Shown here: positions 9,774-19,397 of the stretch, piece after piece
How positions within the stretch are numbered: position 1 is the first letter of the stretch
How the letters are laid out: each line of letters starts with the position of its first letter
From: an uncultured bacterium
Lineage (GTDB): Bacteria; Desulfobacterota_D; UBA1144; Nemesobacterales; UBA2774
NCBI GenBank assembly: GCA_963705505.1
Contig: CAVPJU010000010.1
Span: 320,001-384,000 of the forward strand
Length of the DNA stretch: 64,000 nucleotides
Direction of reading: 5' to 3'
Position numbers and translations under genes: made by a program
The notes under the pieces: model-generated
Seen by the model: only the letters and a program-made list of their open reading frames with translations
Database searches by the model: none
What the model was told of the DNA's origin: nothing

Positions 9774-11459
9774 ATGAAGAAATATACAAAGCCGTCAAAA
9801 AAAATCCCCACATTCAGAGAGAGCCTGGGAATAAATACGCTTCCCGAGCTCGTCGAATTCAGCACGGACAAGTACGGCGATAACATCGCGTACCGCACCC
9901 CGAGAGAAAACGCCATTTACCGGCTCACTTACGGCCAGGTGCTGGACCGTGTAAAGAAACTGGCCAGATACCTGAGAGAGCTCGGTGTGGAAAAAGGGGA
10001 CCATGTCGCGATCCTCGGGGAGAACAGACCCGAGTGGGGCATATCCCTATTTGCCGTCTCCTGGATAGGGGCCGTGGCCATTCCGCTCGACGCGAGGGCC
10101 CCCCTCGATAACAATAAATTCATTCTGTCGTTCTCGTCCGTAAAAGCAATAATCGTATCGGGCTCATACTACACAGGCATCCAGTCGGTCGCCCATGAGC
10201 TGAAGGACTTGAGACACATAATCCCCATGGACAATATCGAAGACATTTGCGGCAGATACGCCTCAGGGGCGGGAATGGAGAACATAGACCCCGACAGCCT
10301 CCTCGAAATACTCTTTACCTCGGGCACGACCGGGGACCCGAAGGGGGTAATGCTGAGTCACCGGAATATAATGTCGAACGTCGACGATATTCACATGACT
10401 ATAAATTACAACTCCCGGGACAGGGCGTTTTCCATTCTTCCGGTCCACCATTCCTATGAATGCACGGGGGGGCTTATCGCGACCTACGGCAGCGGGATGA
10501 GCGTTTTTTACGGGAGGGGATTAAAACCGAGGGAGCTCCTTCAGGATTTAAAGCTCGCTAAACCGACAATCTGGCTGAGCGCGCCGCTGATACTGGAAAA
10601 GCTTTATCTCAGGATACATAAAGAGGCGTCGGGACAAACGGGAATCAAAGGGTTTATAACGAACCTGATTCCGAAAAATTTAATCAGGAGGAAAATAAGA
10701 CAGAGCCTGGGCTTTGACGATATGAGGCTCATCATATCGGGGGGCGCGGCGCTTCCCGGATGGATATCCGAGGGTCTATATGATTACGGGCTCGAGGTGA
10801 TTCAGGGCTACGGTCTATCCGAGGCTTCGCCCCTCATTACGGTGAACCCGCCTTCAAGCCCGAAGACCGGGAGCATCGGGATGGTAATACCAAGCAACGA
10901 TGTCGAGATCAGGGACATCGACAGCGAGGGCAACGGGGAAATAGCTGCCAGAGGGCCCAATATAATGATCGGGTATTACAAAAACAGATCGGCTACCGAA
11001 GAGACGATCACCGGCGACGGGTGGCTTCTCACGGGCGACATAGGCTACTTCGACGAAGACGGATACCTCTACATAACGGGGAGGAAGAAATTCGTTATAG
11101 TCACGAGGGGAGGCAAGAATGTTTTTCCGGAGGAGATCGAGGAAAAATTGACGAAGTCTCCGCTCATCGAAGAGGCCCTCGTGTTCAGCCCCGATGATGC
11201 GAGCATTCAGGCGCTCCTTTACCCGCAGATGGACGAAGCTGCGATAAAGCTCGGGCAAATCGGCGAGCCGGTAACGCCAGAGAATATATGGGAGCTCCTG
11301 CGGGACGAAGTCAGGAAGACAAACCGGGAGCTAGAGGCCTACAAGAAGATCAGGCACTTCGCCGTCAAGCTCGAAGAGTTCCCAAAAACCACTACGCGCA
11401 AAATTAAACGTTATCTTTTCAAAGACTTAAATCTGACACAGGACACGAAGATATATTAA
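9774..11459 (+). CDS. Long-chain fatty acid-CoA ligase (AMP-binding)
   Basis: FTSGTTGDPKG, QGYGLSE, TGDIG and GRKK...GKNVFPEEIE motifs. Confidence 0.9.
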   Translation: MKKYTKPSKKIPTFRESLGINTLPELVEFSTDKYGDNIAYRTPRENAIYRLTYGQVLDRVKKLARYLRELGVEKGDHVAILGENRPEWGISLFAVSWIGAVAIPLDARAPLDNNKFILSFSSVKAIIVSGSYYTGIQSVAHELKDLRHIIPMDNIEDICGRYASGAGMENIDPDSLLEILFTSGTTGDPKGVMLSHRNIMSNVDDIHMTINYNSRDRAFSILPVHHSYECTGGLIATYGSGMSVFYGRGLKPRELLQDLKLAKPTIWLSAPLILEKLYLRIHKEASGQTGIKGFITNLIPKNLIRRKIRQSLGFDDMRLIISGGAALPGWISEGLYDYGLEVIQGYGLSEASPLITVNPPSSPKTGSIGMVIPSNDVEIRDIDSEGNGEIAARGPNIMIGYYKNRSATEETITGDGWLLTGDIGYFDEDGYLYITGRKKFVIVTRGGKNVFPEEIEEKLTKSPLIEEALVFSPDDASIQALLYPQMDEAAIKLGQIGEPVTPENIWELLRDEVRKTNRELEAYKKIRHFAVKLEEFPKTTTRKIKRYLFKDLNLTQDTKIY

Positions 11460-11636
11460 TGGCCCCCTGAAATTTATACTATACGGGATAGCCATAATAT
11501 AAGTTTGGTATTATAATAAGTGTGCCGAATAGACTGAAAATTTGTTAACTTAGACCGAAATTTCAGCTATTATTGATGAAGCGGGGTTATGTAATATCGG
11601 CTGAGAAAAAACTCAGCTTAAATCTGATAATCCGAT

Positions 11637-13418
11637 ATGATCAGTATGACAGGCTTGAGAGGAAATAGAGCAGGAATCGTGATAATCATGCTCGCGCTAT
11701 GGGGCATCGTCGTCATGGGCTGTGTTCCGCCCGGTCAGGAAAATACGGCGAATAGAATAGGCTCATCTCCGCAATCCCCGGAAACGCTTCTCGATAACGT
11801 GAGCGGAATTATCAGACAAAGGCTGAGCAGTACCCAGACTCCGAGATCCGTCTCGATCGACGGCGAGAACGTTAAGATATACAGCTCATTACCCGCACTT
11901 TATCAAACAGCGAACTATAAGCCTGTCTGGATCGGGGAGAACGGCCCGATACCCCAGACGAATGTGATGATAGGGGCTATTAAAAACAGCTACATGGAAG
12001 GCTTAAACCCGGAATCATATAACCTCAAGGAGATTGAAGACACACTCTCGAGGATTAAATCAGGGAGCGGCTCGGGCAAATCGCCGGGGCCGGTATTACT
12101 TGCCGAGCTAGACATACTTCTTTCAAACTCTTTTCTGAAATACGCGAACAATCTCCTCTACGGACAGATAACTCCTGAACAAATAAACCTCGAGCTCATA
12201 TTCGGAGAAAAGCCTGTAGACCTGAATGCCCTTCTCATTACGGCTGTGAATGAAAACAAGATCGATGAAACGCTCGCCGGGTTACTGCCGAAGTACCCCG
12301 TTTACGGGAGACTGAGGACTGCGCTCGCGGAGTATAGACAATACGAGGCCGAAGGCGGGTGGAAGCAGGTACCCGGGGGACCGAAATTGAGGAAAGGCGA
12401 GCGCGGCGCGAGGGTCACGGCGCTCAAGGAAAGGCTCGTCGTGACGGGAGAGCTCGACAGCTCCGCACTGGGAAGCGACGTATTCGATGAGACTCTCGAA
12501 CAGGCACTGAGGAAATACCAGGAGATAAACGGCTTATACGTGGACGGCGTCGCGGGGGATTCCACAGTTGAATCCTTAAACGTGCCGGCCGGTGAGCGCG
12601 TGAAGCAGATTGTGCTTACGATGGAGCGCTGGCGTATGCTCCCGCAGGATATGGGAAGCAAATTCGTGCTCGTGAACATCGCCGATTATCACCTCTACGC
12701 GGTGGACAACAACAGGGACGCTATCAGCATGAGGATCGTTGTCGGGAAGCCCAAGTGGAATACCCCTATTTTCAGCGAAGAGATGACTCATATAGTGATC
12801 AACCCATACTGGAACATTCCGCCAAGCATTTTCAGGGACGATATAGCGCCGCTGATAAAGTCTGACCCCGATTACATGGCCGACCGCAATATACAGGCAG
12901 TCGGACTCAATATGGAACAGCCGGAAACGACCGATGAAACGGAGGTCGCTTCGGCCAAGGAGGAATATATCACCAAAGTCCTCTCGGGTAATTACAGGCT
13001 CCGTCAGAACCCCGGCCCTTCCAATCCGCTCGGGAGGATTAAATTCCTTTTCCCGAACAAATACTCGGTTTACCTCCACGATACGCCGAACAGGGGATAT
13101 TTTCAGAGGTCACAGAGGAATTTCAGCCACGGATGCATAAGAGTGGAAAAGCCGGTGGAGCTGGCCGAGTTCGTCCTCTCCTCAGACCCGGAATGGACGG
13201 GTGAGAGAATCCAATCGGCCATAAGCAAAGGGAGAACCCAGACCGTGAGTCTGCCGGTCCCGGTTCCTGTGTACATACTTTACTTCACAGCATGGGCCAA
13301 CGACGACGGCTCCGTGAGCTTCCATAAGGACGTTTACGGGCTCGACCAGGTACTTCAGAACGCCCTCCTCCAGTCAGAATCGAAGAACATGGACGTGGCT
13401 GCTTCAAGTATCCGATAA
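11637..13418 (+). CDS. L,D-transpeptidase, YcbB/LdtD type, with a peptidoglycan-binding domain
   Basis: Lipobox-like VMGC; Q...GL.VDG PG-binding motif; NPYWNIP, NPLGRIKF and YLHDTP...SHGCIR. Confidence 0.9.
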   Translation: MISMTGLRGNRAGIVIIMLALWGIVVMGCVPPGQENTANRIGSSPQSPETLLDNVSGIIRQRLSSTQTPRSVSIDGENVKIYSSLPALYQTANYKPVWIGENGPIPQTNVMIGAIKNSYMEGLNPESYNLKEIEDTLSRIKSGSGSGKSPGPVLLAELDILLSNSFLKYANNLLYGQITPEQINLELIFGEKPVDLNALLITAVNENKIDETLAGLLPKYPVYGRLRTALAEYRQYEAEGGWKQVPGGPKLRKGERGARVTALKERLVVTGELDSSALGSDVFDETLEQALRKYQEINGLYVDGVAGDSTVESLNVPAGERVKQIVLTMERWRMLPQDMGSKFVLVNIADYHLYAVDNNRDAISMRIVVGKPKWNTPIFSEEMTHIVINPYWNIPPSIFRDDIAPLIKSDPDYMADRNIQAVGLNMEQPETTDETEVASAKEEYITKVLSGNYRLRQNPGPSNPLGRIKFLFPNKYSVYLHDTPNRGYFQRSQRNFSHGCIRVEKPVELAEFVLSSDPEWTGERIQSAISKGRTQTVSLPVPVPVYILYFTAWANDDGSVSFHKDVYGLDQVLQNALLQSESKNMDVAASSIR

Positions 13419-13497
13419 TCCCGTATGTACGATGAGGAAAAGAAGGCTTGGATTCGGCAGGATTCCTGTCTTGGTTGTTATACGATGGATATGAGCA

Positions 13498-13710
13498 TCA
13501 ATTCAGACTGTCTTTTATTACCTGCGTCTGGTTGTTCATAATCACTATGTGTATTTCGGCGGTCCGGCCGTCCTCGAACTTGACCCTGTAAGCCTTACCG
13601 ACCATCTTGTTAACGCTCCCCACAATCTCTCCGACGAGCCCCGGTTCAAAAACCTGGTCCCCGGATTTAATCTTCAGCACGACCTTGAATTTAGTACCCG
13701 GTATATACAT
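13498..13710 (-). CDS. Small hypothetical protein (possible SH3-like beta fold)
   Basis: 70-aa ORF preceded by GGTGAGGA RBS; beta-rich. Confidence 0.6.
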   Translation of the reverse strand: MYIPGTKFKVVLKIKSGDQVFEPGLVGEIVGSVNKMVGKAYRVKFEDGRTAEIHIVIMNNQTQVIKDSLN

Positions 13711-13812
13711 TCCTCACCTTCATTAAGCGGATGATATAAATGTCGTGAAACTATTACGACGATCTGCGGCCTGATTCAGAATTTTAATGTTGACTTACGA
13801 TAGGCGACCCGT

Positions 13813-15981
13813 TTAATTCTTTACCGGCTTCGTAAGCCCCGCCTGGAGTCTCTCGCACTCGGCATAAATTTCCTTTGCGGTACCGAGCATCTCCGCCGCA
13901 AGCTCCGCCGAAGGCTCCTGCTTTAGCTTGTCTTTTAGCGCTGCGGATATATCCGTCCACTTCCGATCGGCCTCGCCCGTCCTGACGAGGAGGTTTTCGA
14001 ACTCCCACATGGTCTGCTCACTGGTGAACGGGTCGACGAGCTTCGTGTAGAGCGGTACGTGCGCACTCGCAGCGCAGGAGTGGTAAGACTCCATTATGGA
14101 CGTCGCATACTCGCCGTGAGTGAGGAGTGCCTCAGCCTGCTGCATACGCTTCTGAGCATCGGCAAACGTAGGTACTTTCTCTTCGACCGTGGCCCCGGCG
14201 CATTCCCCCTTCATGCCTTTCTGGAGCTCGAATTTTTCTTCCTCATGCCCCCAGTCGTCATAGAATGAAGGGTCTTCCTCGAATGACGGTATATCGGTGA
14301 ACTTGTTGATCTCGTCCTTTATACGGTCCCGTCCGATCCTTTCCATCAGGAGGTCGAAGTGCTCGTCTCCCTGCCTCTCGTCGCGGTAGATCTCAAGGAG
14401 CCTCTTCACGACTTTAGGAGCGTTCCTGGTGGGGACTTTAATCACCGAGGTCGCAAGCCTCGTATCGTCGCCGTACAGGCCGCCTCCCACGAAGACCTGC
14501 TCCGCCGGGACGTTCCGTCCGTCCCTCGACAGTGAAGCCCCCTGAAAACCAATGCTCGCGACCACGTGCTGGGCGCAAGCGTTGGGGCATCCCGATATCT
14601 TTATACGGAGGTCCTTTGTCAATTCTTTGAATTCCCCGAGTCCGTTACTCATTCCGCCCGTCAGATGATCCGCTAATCCCTTGGCCGATGTTATTCCCAG
14701 GCGGCACGTATCCGCACCGGGGCACGCGGTAATGTCGCCGAACGTGTCGGCGCCGGTGTATGCGAGATCGGCTTCCTTAAGCGCCGCGTATAGAGAAGAC
14801 AGGGCGTTCTTCGGAACCCACCGCAGAACGAAATTCTGGAGTATGGATATGCGTATCTCTCCCGCTGAATAGGTATCGGCGATGTCCGCGAGCACCCTCG
14901 CGCGGCCGGACTTGATATCGCCCAGATGTATCCTGACGTTGACCATCGCGTAATCCGGGAGGGCGTGCGGCAGGACGCAGGACTCCTTCCACTTCAAATA
15001 CGCCGGATCCGATTCCGTCCCCTCCGGGGCAGCCGGAATCTCGACCGCTGACCGTGGAGGTGTATCGTTCTCTTTAATATCCTTTAGATAATCGTTCCAC
15101 GAGGGGTCTATTTTGATACCCGCCCATTCCTCTTCCACTCTCTTTCTGAATTCATCCCAATCGAGGCTCCTGACGAGGAACTTCATACGGGCTTTCATAC
15201 GAACCTTGCGCTCGCCGTAGCGGTCGAATATGCGTATCACGGCGGCTGAGAACGGTATCATGTCCTCGACGGGCATGAACTCCGTCCATAAATAACCGAG
15301 TGAGGGGGAAGCGCCAAGTCCGCCGCCAACGTGCACCTGAAAGCCGCGCCTGAGTACGCCGTCGACCTCTTTGACGCGCGCCCTGAACCCGAGGTCGTGA
15401 ATTCTTACCCCCGCGTGGTCCACATCCTGGCAGCCTTCGAAGCATACCTTGAACTTCCTGCCCATATTCTGGCAGATAGGGTTCCTCAGCATGAAATTCT
15501 TAAACGCTTCGGCATATGGCGTGACATCGAATGTCTCGGTCGGGGAAACACCCGACTGGTGGCACGCGGTTACGTTCCTGACCGTATTTCCGCAGGCCTC
15601 GCGCGTAGTAATGCCCACGTCCGCGAGCTCCCGCATCATGTTCGGCACTGTCGGAAGCTTGATGTAGTAGAGCTGGACGTCCTGTCTCGTGGTAAGGTGC
15701 ATGAAGCCGCTCGCATACTTATCCGAGACGTCGGCGAGTCTTCTCAGCTGGGCCGAGCTGAGTCCGCCGAAGGGTATCTTTATGCGCTGCATTTGGACGC
15801 CTTCCTGACGCTGGGCGTATGTGCCAAGCTGGAGACGTATCTTCTGGAATTTTATATCCCCCGTAAGCCCCGATATGTAGTCCTGGATCTGGCTTTCGAA
15901 AAGGTCGAGCTCCTCCCTGACTACCTGAGGCAGACCCGCCTTTATTTCCTTCATAGATTTCTGTTTAACCTTTACCTCCAT
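13813..15981 (-). CDS. Siroheme/[4Fe-4S] nitrite/sulfite reductase with a C-terminal helical extension
   Basis: HLTTRQD, ACGNTVRN, CPGADTC and SGCPNAC (Cx5C...Cx3C) motifs. Confidence 0.9.
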   Translation of the reverse strand: MEVKVKQKSMKEIKAGLPQVVREELDLFESQIQDYISGLTGDIKFQKIRLQLGTYAQRQEGVQMQRIKIPFGGLSSAQLRRLADVSDKYASGFMHLTTRQDVQLYYIKLPTVPNMMRELADVGITTREACGNTVRNVTACHQSGVSPTETFDVTPYAEAFKNFMLRNPICQNMGRKFKVCFEGCQDVDHAGVRIHDLGFRARVKEVDGVLRRGFQVHVGGGLGASPSLGYLWTEFMPVEDMIPFSAAVIRIFDRYGERKVRMKARMKFLVRSLDWDEFRKRVEEEWAGIKIDPSWNDYLKDIKENDTPPRSAVEIPAAPEGTESDPAYLKWKESCVLPHALPDYAMVNVRIHLGDIKSGRARVLADIADTYSAGEIRISILQNFVLRWVPKNALSSLYAALKEADLAYTGADTFGDITACPGADTCRLGITSAKGLADHLTGGMSNGLGEFKELTKDLRIKISGCPNACAQHVVASIGFQGASLSRDGRNVPAEQVFVGGGLYGDDTRLATSVIKVPTRNAPKVVKRLLEIYRDERQGDEHFDLLMERIGRDRIKDEINKFTDIPSFEEDPSFYDDWGHEEEKFELQKGMKGECAGATVEEKVPTFADAQKRMQQAEALLTHGEYATSIMESYHSCAASAHVPLYTKLVDPFTSEQTMWEFENLLVRTGEADRKWTDISAALKDKLKQEPSAELAAEMLGTAKEIYAECERLQAGLTKPVKN

Positions 15982-16167
15982 AACTGCTACTCCCTCGGTG
16001 TCATGTTGTTGTAATTCGGAATACTACGGCTTTTAAGGATTATTTTATATAGTGATGGGCTTTTGCGCAAATATGACGTCGTTTGCACGCTTATTAAACT
16101 TGTCATGAGCTTGCAGCATATTTTTATCAATTATGCGCCGCATAAAATACGAACTTGCCAGGATTAT

Positions 16168-16184
16168 TGCAATTAACATACCAA
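16168..16184 (-). promoter_or_regulatory. Sigma-54 (-24/-12) promoter of the nitrite/sulfite reductase
   Basis: Minus strand TTGGTATGTTAATTGCA = GG-N10-GC, about 190 nt upstream of the start codon. Confidence 0.6.
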
Positions 16185-16369
16185 ATGTCGAGCCCTGTGT
16201 ATTCATCGTTGCTAACTATCCGCATTCACACAATTAGGTCTCCGGAAACTTCTTTCGGTTAGATATTATGAATTGAAGTTGACTGTTAATGGATATACAG
16301 ACATCGTAAATATTGTATAAAAAGTAATCAAACATTTGTAATGAACGGGACTGCTCCGAACCTGCGCCG

Positions 16370-16387
16370 CTCCTTTACAAAGGAGGG
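16370..16387. repeat. REP-like palindrome, family CTCCTTT-N-AAAGGAGGG (partial copy)
   Basis: Matches the copies at 29821 and 35705. Confidence 0.65.
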
Positions 16388-16565
16388 AATGAAAGATGAG
16401 ATTGCCGCACTGCTTCGCAGCAGATATGATGCAGAGTACAGGATTCATGATTCAAGCTGAAAGACAATTATATATAGATGTCAAGTAATTCGGGGCAGGA
16501 TTTCAGGGATTAAGCGGTCGAAACTGAAAGCTCAGCAGAATTCCAGAGAGAAGACAAAGAATATT

Positions 16566-16811
16566 CTTCTTTTCCTTGATGAAAAGAAGCAAAAATCACC
16601 CGACAGCACAGAATTGGGCTAAAAATCGCTCGCTAACCCTAAAATGTTTTAATTCCACCCCAATTAGTATTAAGGCTTAGCGAAGCAAGACTCATGACAT
16701 ATTGCATTTAGCGAATGGCGTCCGATTCCTTGCTTGCTCGGAATCGTCCCCTAAAACATTTTTTTACGCGCTAACAAGCGATTTTCTTTACGCCAATTCT
16801 GTGAATGTCGG
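16566..16811. other. Nested multi-stem element (candidate structured ncRNA or MITE)
   Basis: Six complementary segment pairs, mostly nested (see findings). Confidence 0.6.
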
Positions 16812-16920
16812 AAAATATAAATCTCCTTTTTTTATCTTTTGTCCCAAGAGAATTCCAGCCCCGAATTATTTAACATCTACAGCACTGACAGGGTTGGCAA
16901 GAACGGTGAGTAAGGAAGGG

Positions 16921-16944
16921 TCGCGGCTGGAAGCCGCTCCTACG
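16921..16944 (-). repeat. GTAG-type REP element
   Basis: Minus strand CGTAGGAGCGGCTTCCAGCCGCGA; identical 24-mer at 19518-19541. Confidence 0.8.
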
Positions 16945-17019
16945 GAGAAATTAGAAACGCTGAATTTATCGTTGATAATGACAAGGCGGGACCGGTTAAG
17001 CTAAAGCAGGTAATGACGC

Positions 17020-17262
17020 TTATATCCCGTTCTCTTCGCGGAATTTCGATATCTCTTTCCAGACGGCGTCCGTCAATTGGTCCTTGGTAACGCGGGAGAA
17101 TATTTTTCTCAATATCCTCTTCTCGTCCTCGTCGATAACGTTGTCCTCAAGCGCTATCTTTTCGAGCATGCGCAGCTCTCCCTCGCTGATGGTATCGTCA
17201 TTCGCGAAAACCACCAGATAGGCGTATCCCATCAACTTTTTAGCTCCTGATTCCGGGCCCAT
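17020..17262 (-). CDS. Small acidic hypothetical protein (possibly TerB-like)
   Basis: AGGAG RBS; ANDDTISEGE...DNVIDEDE repeated D-x-x-I-x-x-x-E pattern. Confidence 0.65.
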   Translation of the reverse strand: MGPESGAKKLMGYAYLVVFANDDTISEGELRMLEKIALEDNVIDEDEKRILRKIFSRVTKDQLTDAVWKEISKFREENGI

Positions 17263-17330
17263 CTCTGTCTCTCCTTTGTCAAAAAGTATAAATTGGAGCA
17301 GGAGTATAAACAAGAATTGTTAAGAGAATG

Positions 17331-18539
17331 TTAAGCGAAAAAATGTGTAATAAAATGGGTAATAATGGTGCCGAAGGCGGGGGTCGGGCCCGCACGCCCG
17401 GAGGGCACTACCTTCAGGCAACAGTATTCACAGTAGCAAAAACGACCGGAAAAAATCTGATTAAACACTTCGCGGATGGCGCCCAGATCCATTTGCATCG
17501 CGGTCGGCAACCGTTTTAGATGTGATTTTTGTTTAACGAATGCCATGTCATGGCGAGCCATTATAAAACCCGGTATCAACGGAAGCCAGAGCGTTAAGCC
17601 CCGCAGCAAGAGCGTGCCCGTTAGCGCTGCCTCGATAGGAACACCCAGGAGTGTGAGGGTGGCAGTAGAGCCGGCCTCGAAGCTGCCTATGCCGCCGGGG
17701 AGAAAAGAGACTGTGCCGGCAATCGAAGCCATGACAAAGGCCGCAAAAGCTGTGATCGGCGGGGCTGATATACCAATTGCCCGGAGCACTGACCAGAGTG
17801 TCCCGGAATCGAGAAAAAATATCGCCATTTGGAGCAGACTACACACCGTGACCAGCGCCGGTGAGCCTATCCTGTCCGGCGATACGTGAGATACGGCATC
17901 CAGGAAGCGCGATATCCTCTCACTCCGGCCAAGCCGTCCGGGCGGATGCCATTTCCTGTGCCGCAGAAGCCACCAGATAGTCAACGGTATAATCGTTGCT
18001 ATGACCGCAAAAGCAGCAAGAAGCCACCTGACTAAAGGAGTAACGTCATGGTGCAGCCATAGTATCGTGACGGTTATCACTGCTACCACGACGTAAGCTG
18101 CATATCGTGACAATATATCGATTATTAACGCCTCCATCGCCAGCCGGCCCGGCAGGCCGTAACGCCTCATCGCACGCACGACAGCAAGATTGCCCGCCAT
18201 TCCCACAGTCGGTATGAGCTGATCGACCGTCAGTTTTTCAACAGCGAGGCGAACAAGCACGCCAATCCGCAAATGATGCCCGCCAGACCGAGCAACTTGC
18301 CCCCAAATAGCTCCCGCACAACAATACGTGCCCAGCTGCAAAAGAACCGCGAGTACAAGCCACCCAGGCTCAGCTCGTTCGAGGGTGAGGGCAAAGCGCT
18401 CTGTGTCACCCCGATGAGTAATCACCAGTACGATTAAGAAAACCAGCATAAGAAGACTTATAAGAAAGGCAGCCTTTGGAACTCCCAGGGAGACCGGTTT
18501 TTCTTCCGATTGCTCGGATTCATGTTGAGGTGTGTTCAT
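17331..18539 (-). CDS. Lysylphosphatidylglycerol synthase TM / flippase-like membrane protein (UPF0104)
   Basis: PTVGMAG, LPGGIGSFEA and LLRGLTLWLP motifs; many TM segments; C-terminus reads through the att-like repeat. Confidence 0.85.
   Translation of the reverse strand: MNTPQHESEQSEEKPVSLGVPKAAFLISLLMLVFLIVLVITHRGDTERFALTLERAEPGWLVLAVLLQLGTYCCAGAIWGQVARSGGHHLRIGVLVRLAVEKLTVDQLIPTVGMAGNLAVVRAMRRYGLPGRLAMEALIIDILSRYAAYVVVAVITVTILWLHHDVTPLVRWLLAAFAVIATIIPLTIWWLLRHRKWHPPGRLGRSERISRFLDAVSHVSPDRIGSPALVTVCSLLQMAIFFLDSGTLWSVLRAIGISAPPITAFAAFVMASIAGTVSFLPGGIGSFEAGSTATLTLLGVPIEAALTGTLLLRGLTLWLPLIPGFIMARHDMAFVKQKSHLKRLPTAMQMDLGAIREVFNQIFSGRFCYCEYCCLKVVPSGRAGPTPAFGTIITHFITHFFA
17366..17412 (-). repeat. 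Degenerate copy of the tRNA-Leu 3' half (att-like site)
   Basis: tggtgccgaaggcgggggtcgggcccgcacgcccggagggcactacc vs tRNA tggtgccgaaggcgggagtcgaacccgcacgcccggagggcaccacc (4 mismatches in 47 nt). Confidence 0.85.
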
Positions 18540-18730
18540 CCTCTCATGCGACCCGGAATAATGGATGTGAGTGATAATTCAATGTAATAGATAATCTACC
18601 ATAGAGCCCGCCCTCAATAAGGATCTATCTATACGACTATACAATTCCATATATCCGGAATTTGGCTTTCAGGTCTTCAGGGATCCGATTATGATAGGTG
18701 CTTATCGGTACTACTATAAATACACTAATG

Positions 18731-19138
18731 TCATTTCTTCGTGGCTTCCACCATCTTACTCTCGATAGCTGCGCGCCCCTCGAAAGTCTGAAGAGGTACG
18801 ACTTTCCACTTCAGCACGCCCCATATGGGAAGAGAGCGCAACAGCCTATCGACTTCATCATTTGACGATGCTTCCACGATGAAGACAATAGCACGGTCGC
18901 CAGCGGGCACCCCGCCTGTGATTTTTCCTTCCTTCTCAAGCTTAATCAGCTGATCGAATGTCGGAAGGACGACACTCTTAAGAAAGGCATCCATTTTCTC
19001 GGGGGACGCAGAAGCAGGTCCTCCAGTTCCCGAAACCAGGTATTTCATGGACTTTGCCTGCTGCGAAAAGGAATCCTGAGCCGATAAAAAGGAGAACGAA
19101 CACACTAATGCCGTAATTATTAACATATATCTAATCAT
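18731..19138 (-). CDS. Secreted muconolactone-isomerase-like protein
   Basis: GAGGAGG RBS; signal peptide; IVEASSNDEVDRLLRSLP.W...VVPL motif. Confidence 0.65.
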   Translation of the reverse strand: MIRYMLIITALVCSFSFLSAQDSFSQQAKSMKYLVSGTGGPASASPEKMDAFLKSVVLPTFDQLIKLEKEGKITGGVPAGDRAIVFIVEASSNDEVDRLLRSLPIWGVLKWKVVPLQTFEGRAAIESKMVEATKK

Positions 19139-19219
19139 GGAACCCTCCTCGTAATGCTTGGATTGTATTTGATTCCGATTATAACAGAGCGGGATGCCGA
19201 ATTCTACGATTTGTAAAGG

Positions 19220-19305
19220 TGGTGCCGAAGGCGGGAGTCGAACCCGCACGCCCGGAGGGCACCACCCCCTCAAGATGGCGCGTCTGCCAGTTCCGCCACT
19301 TCGGC
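19220..19305 (-). tRNA. tRNA-Leu (anticodon GAG)
   Basis: GCCGAAG acceptor stem; D-loop TGGCAGAC; anticodon arm CCATC-TTGAGGG-GGTGG; long variable arm; GGTTCGACT; encoded CCA. Confidence 0.95.
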
Positions 19306-19397
19306 ACTTGTCAGTTCAAGTCTAGCATAAAGACGAGGGAAAAATAAATTAGCACAAAGCCGCCGGATTTCAAGGGTAACCCCGAACGGGATGAGAA

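Larger units (their letters stand above)
17366..19219. mobile_element. Remnant genomic islet integrated at tRNA-Leu, no integrase
   Basis: Bounded by the tRNA 3' end and its degenerate direct repeat; two cargo genes. Confidence 0.7.

Noticed and set aside
16702..17004. 100-aa ORF
   Set aside because: It spans the structured element and a REP, with no recognisable motif or RBS.
17366..17420. Second tRNA gene
   Set aside because: Only the 3' half is present and the T-loop is mutated; treated as an att remnant.
19139..19273. 5' extension of ORF 18731..19273
   Set aside because: It overlaps the tRNA; a strong RBS supports the start at 19138.
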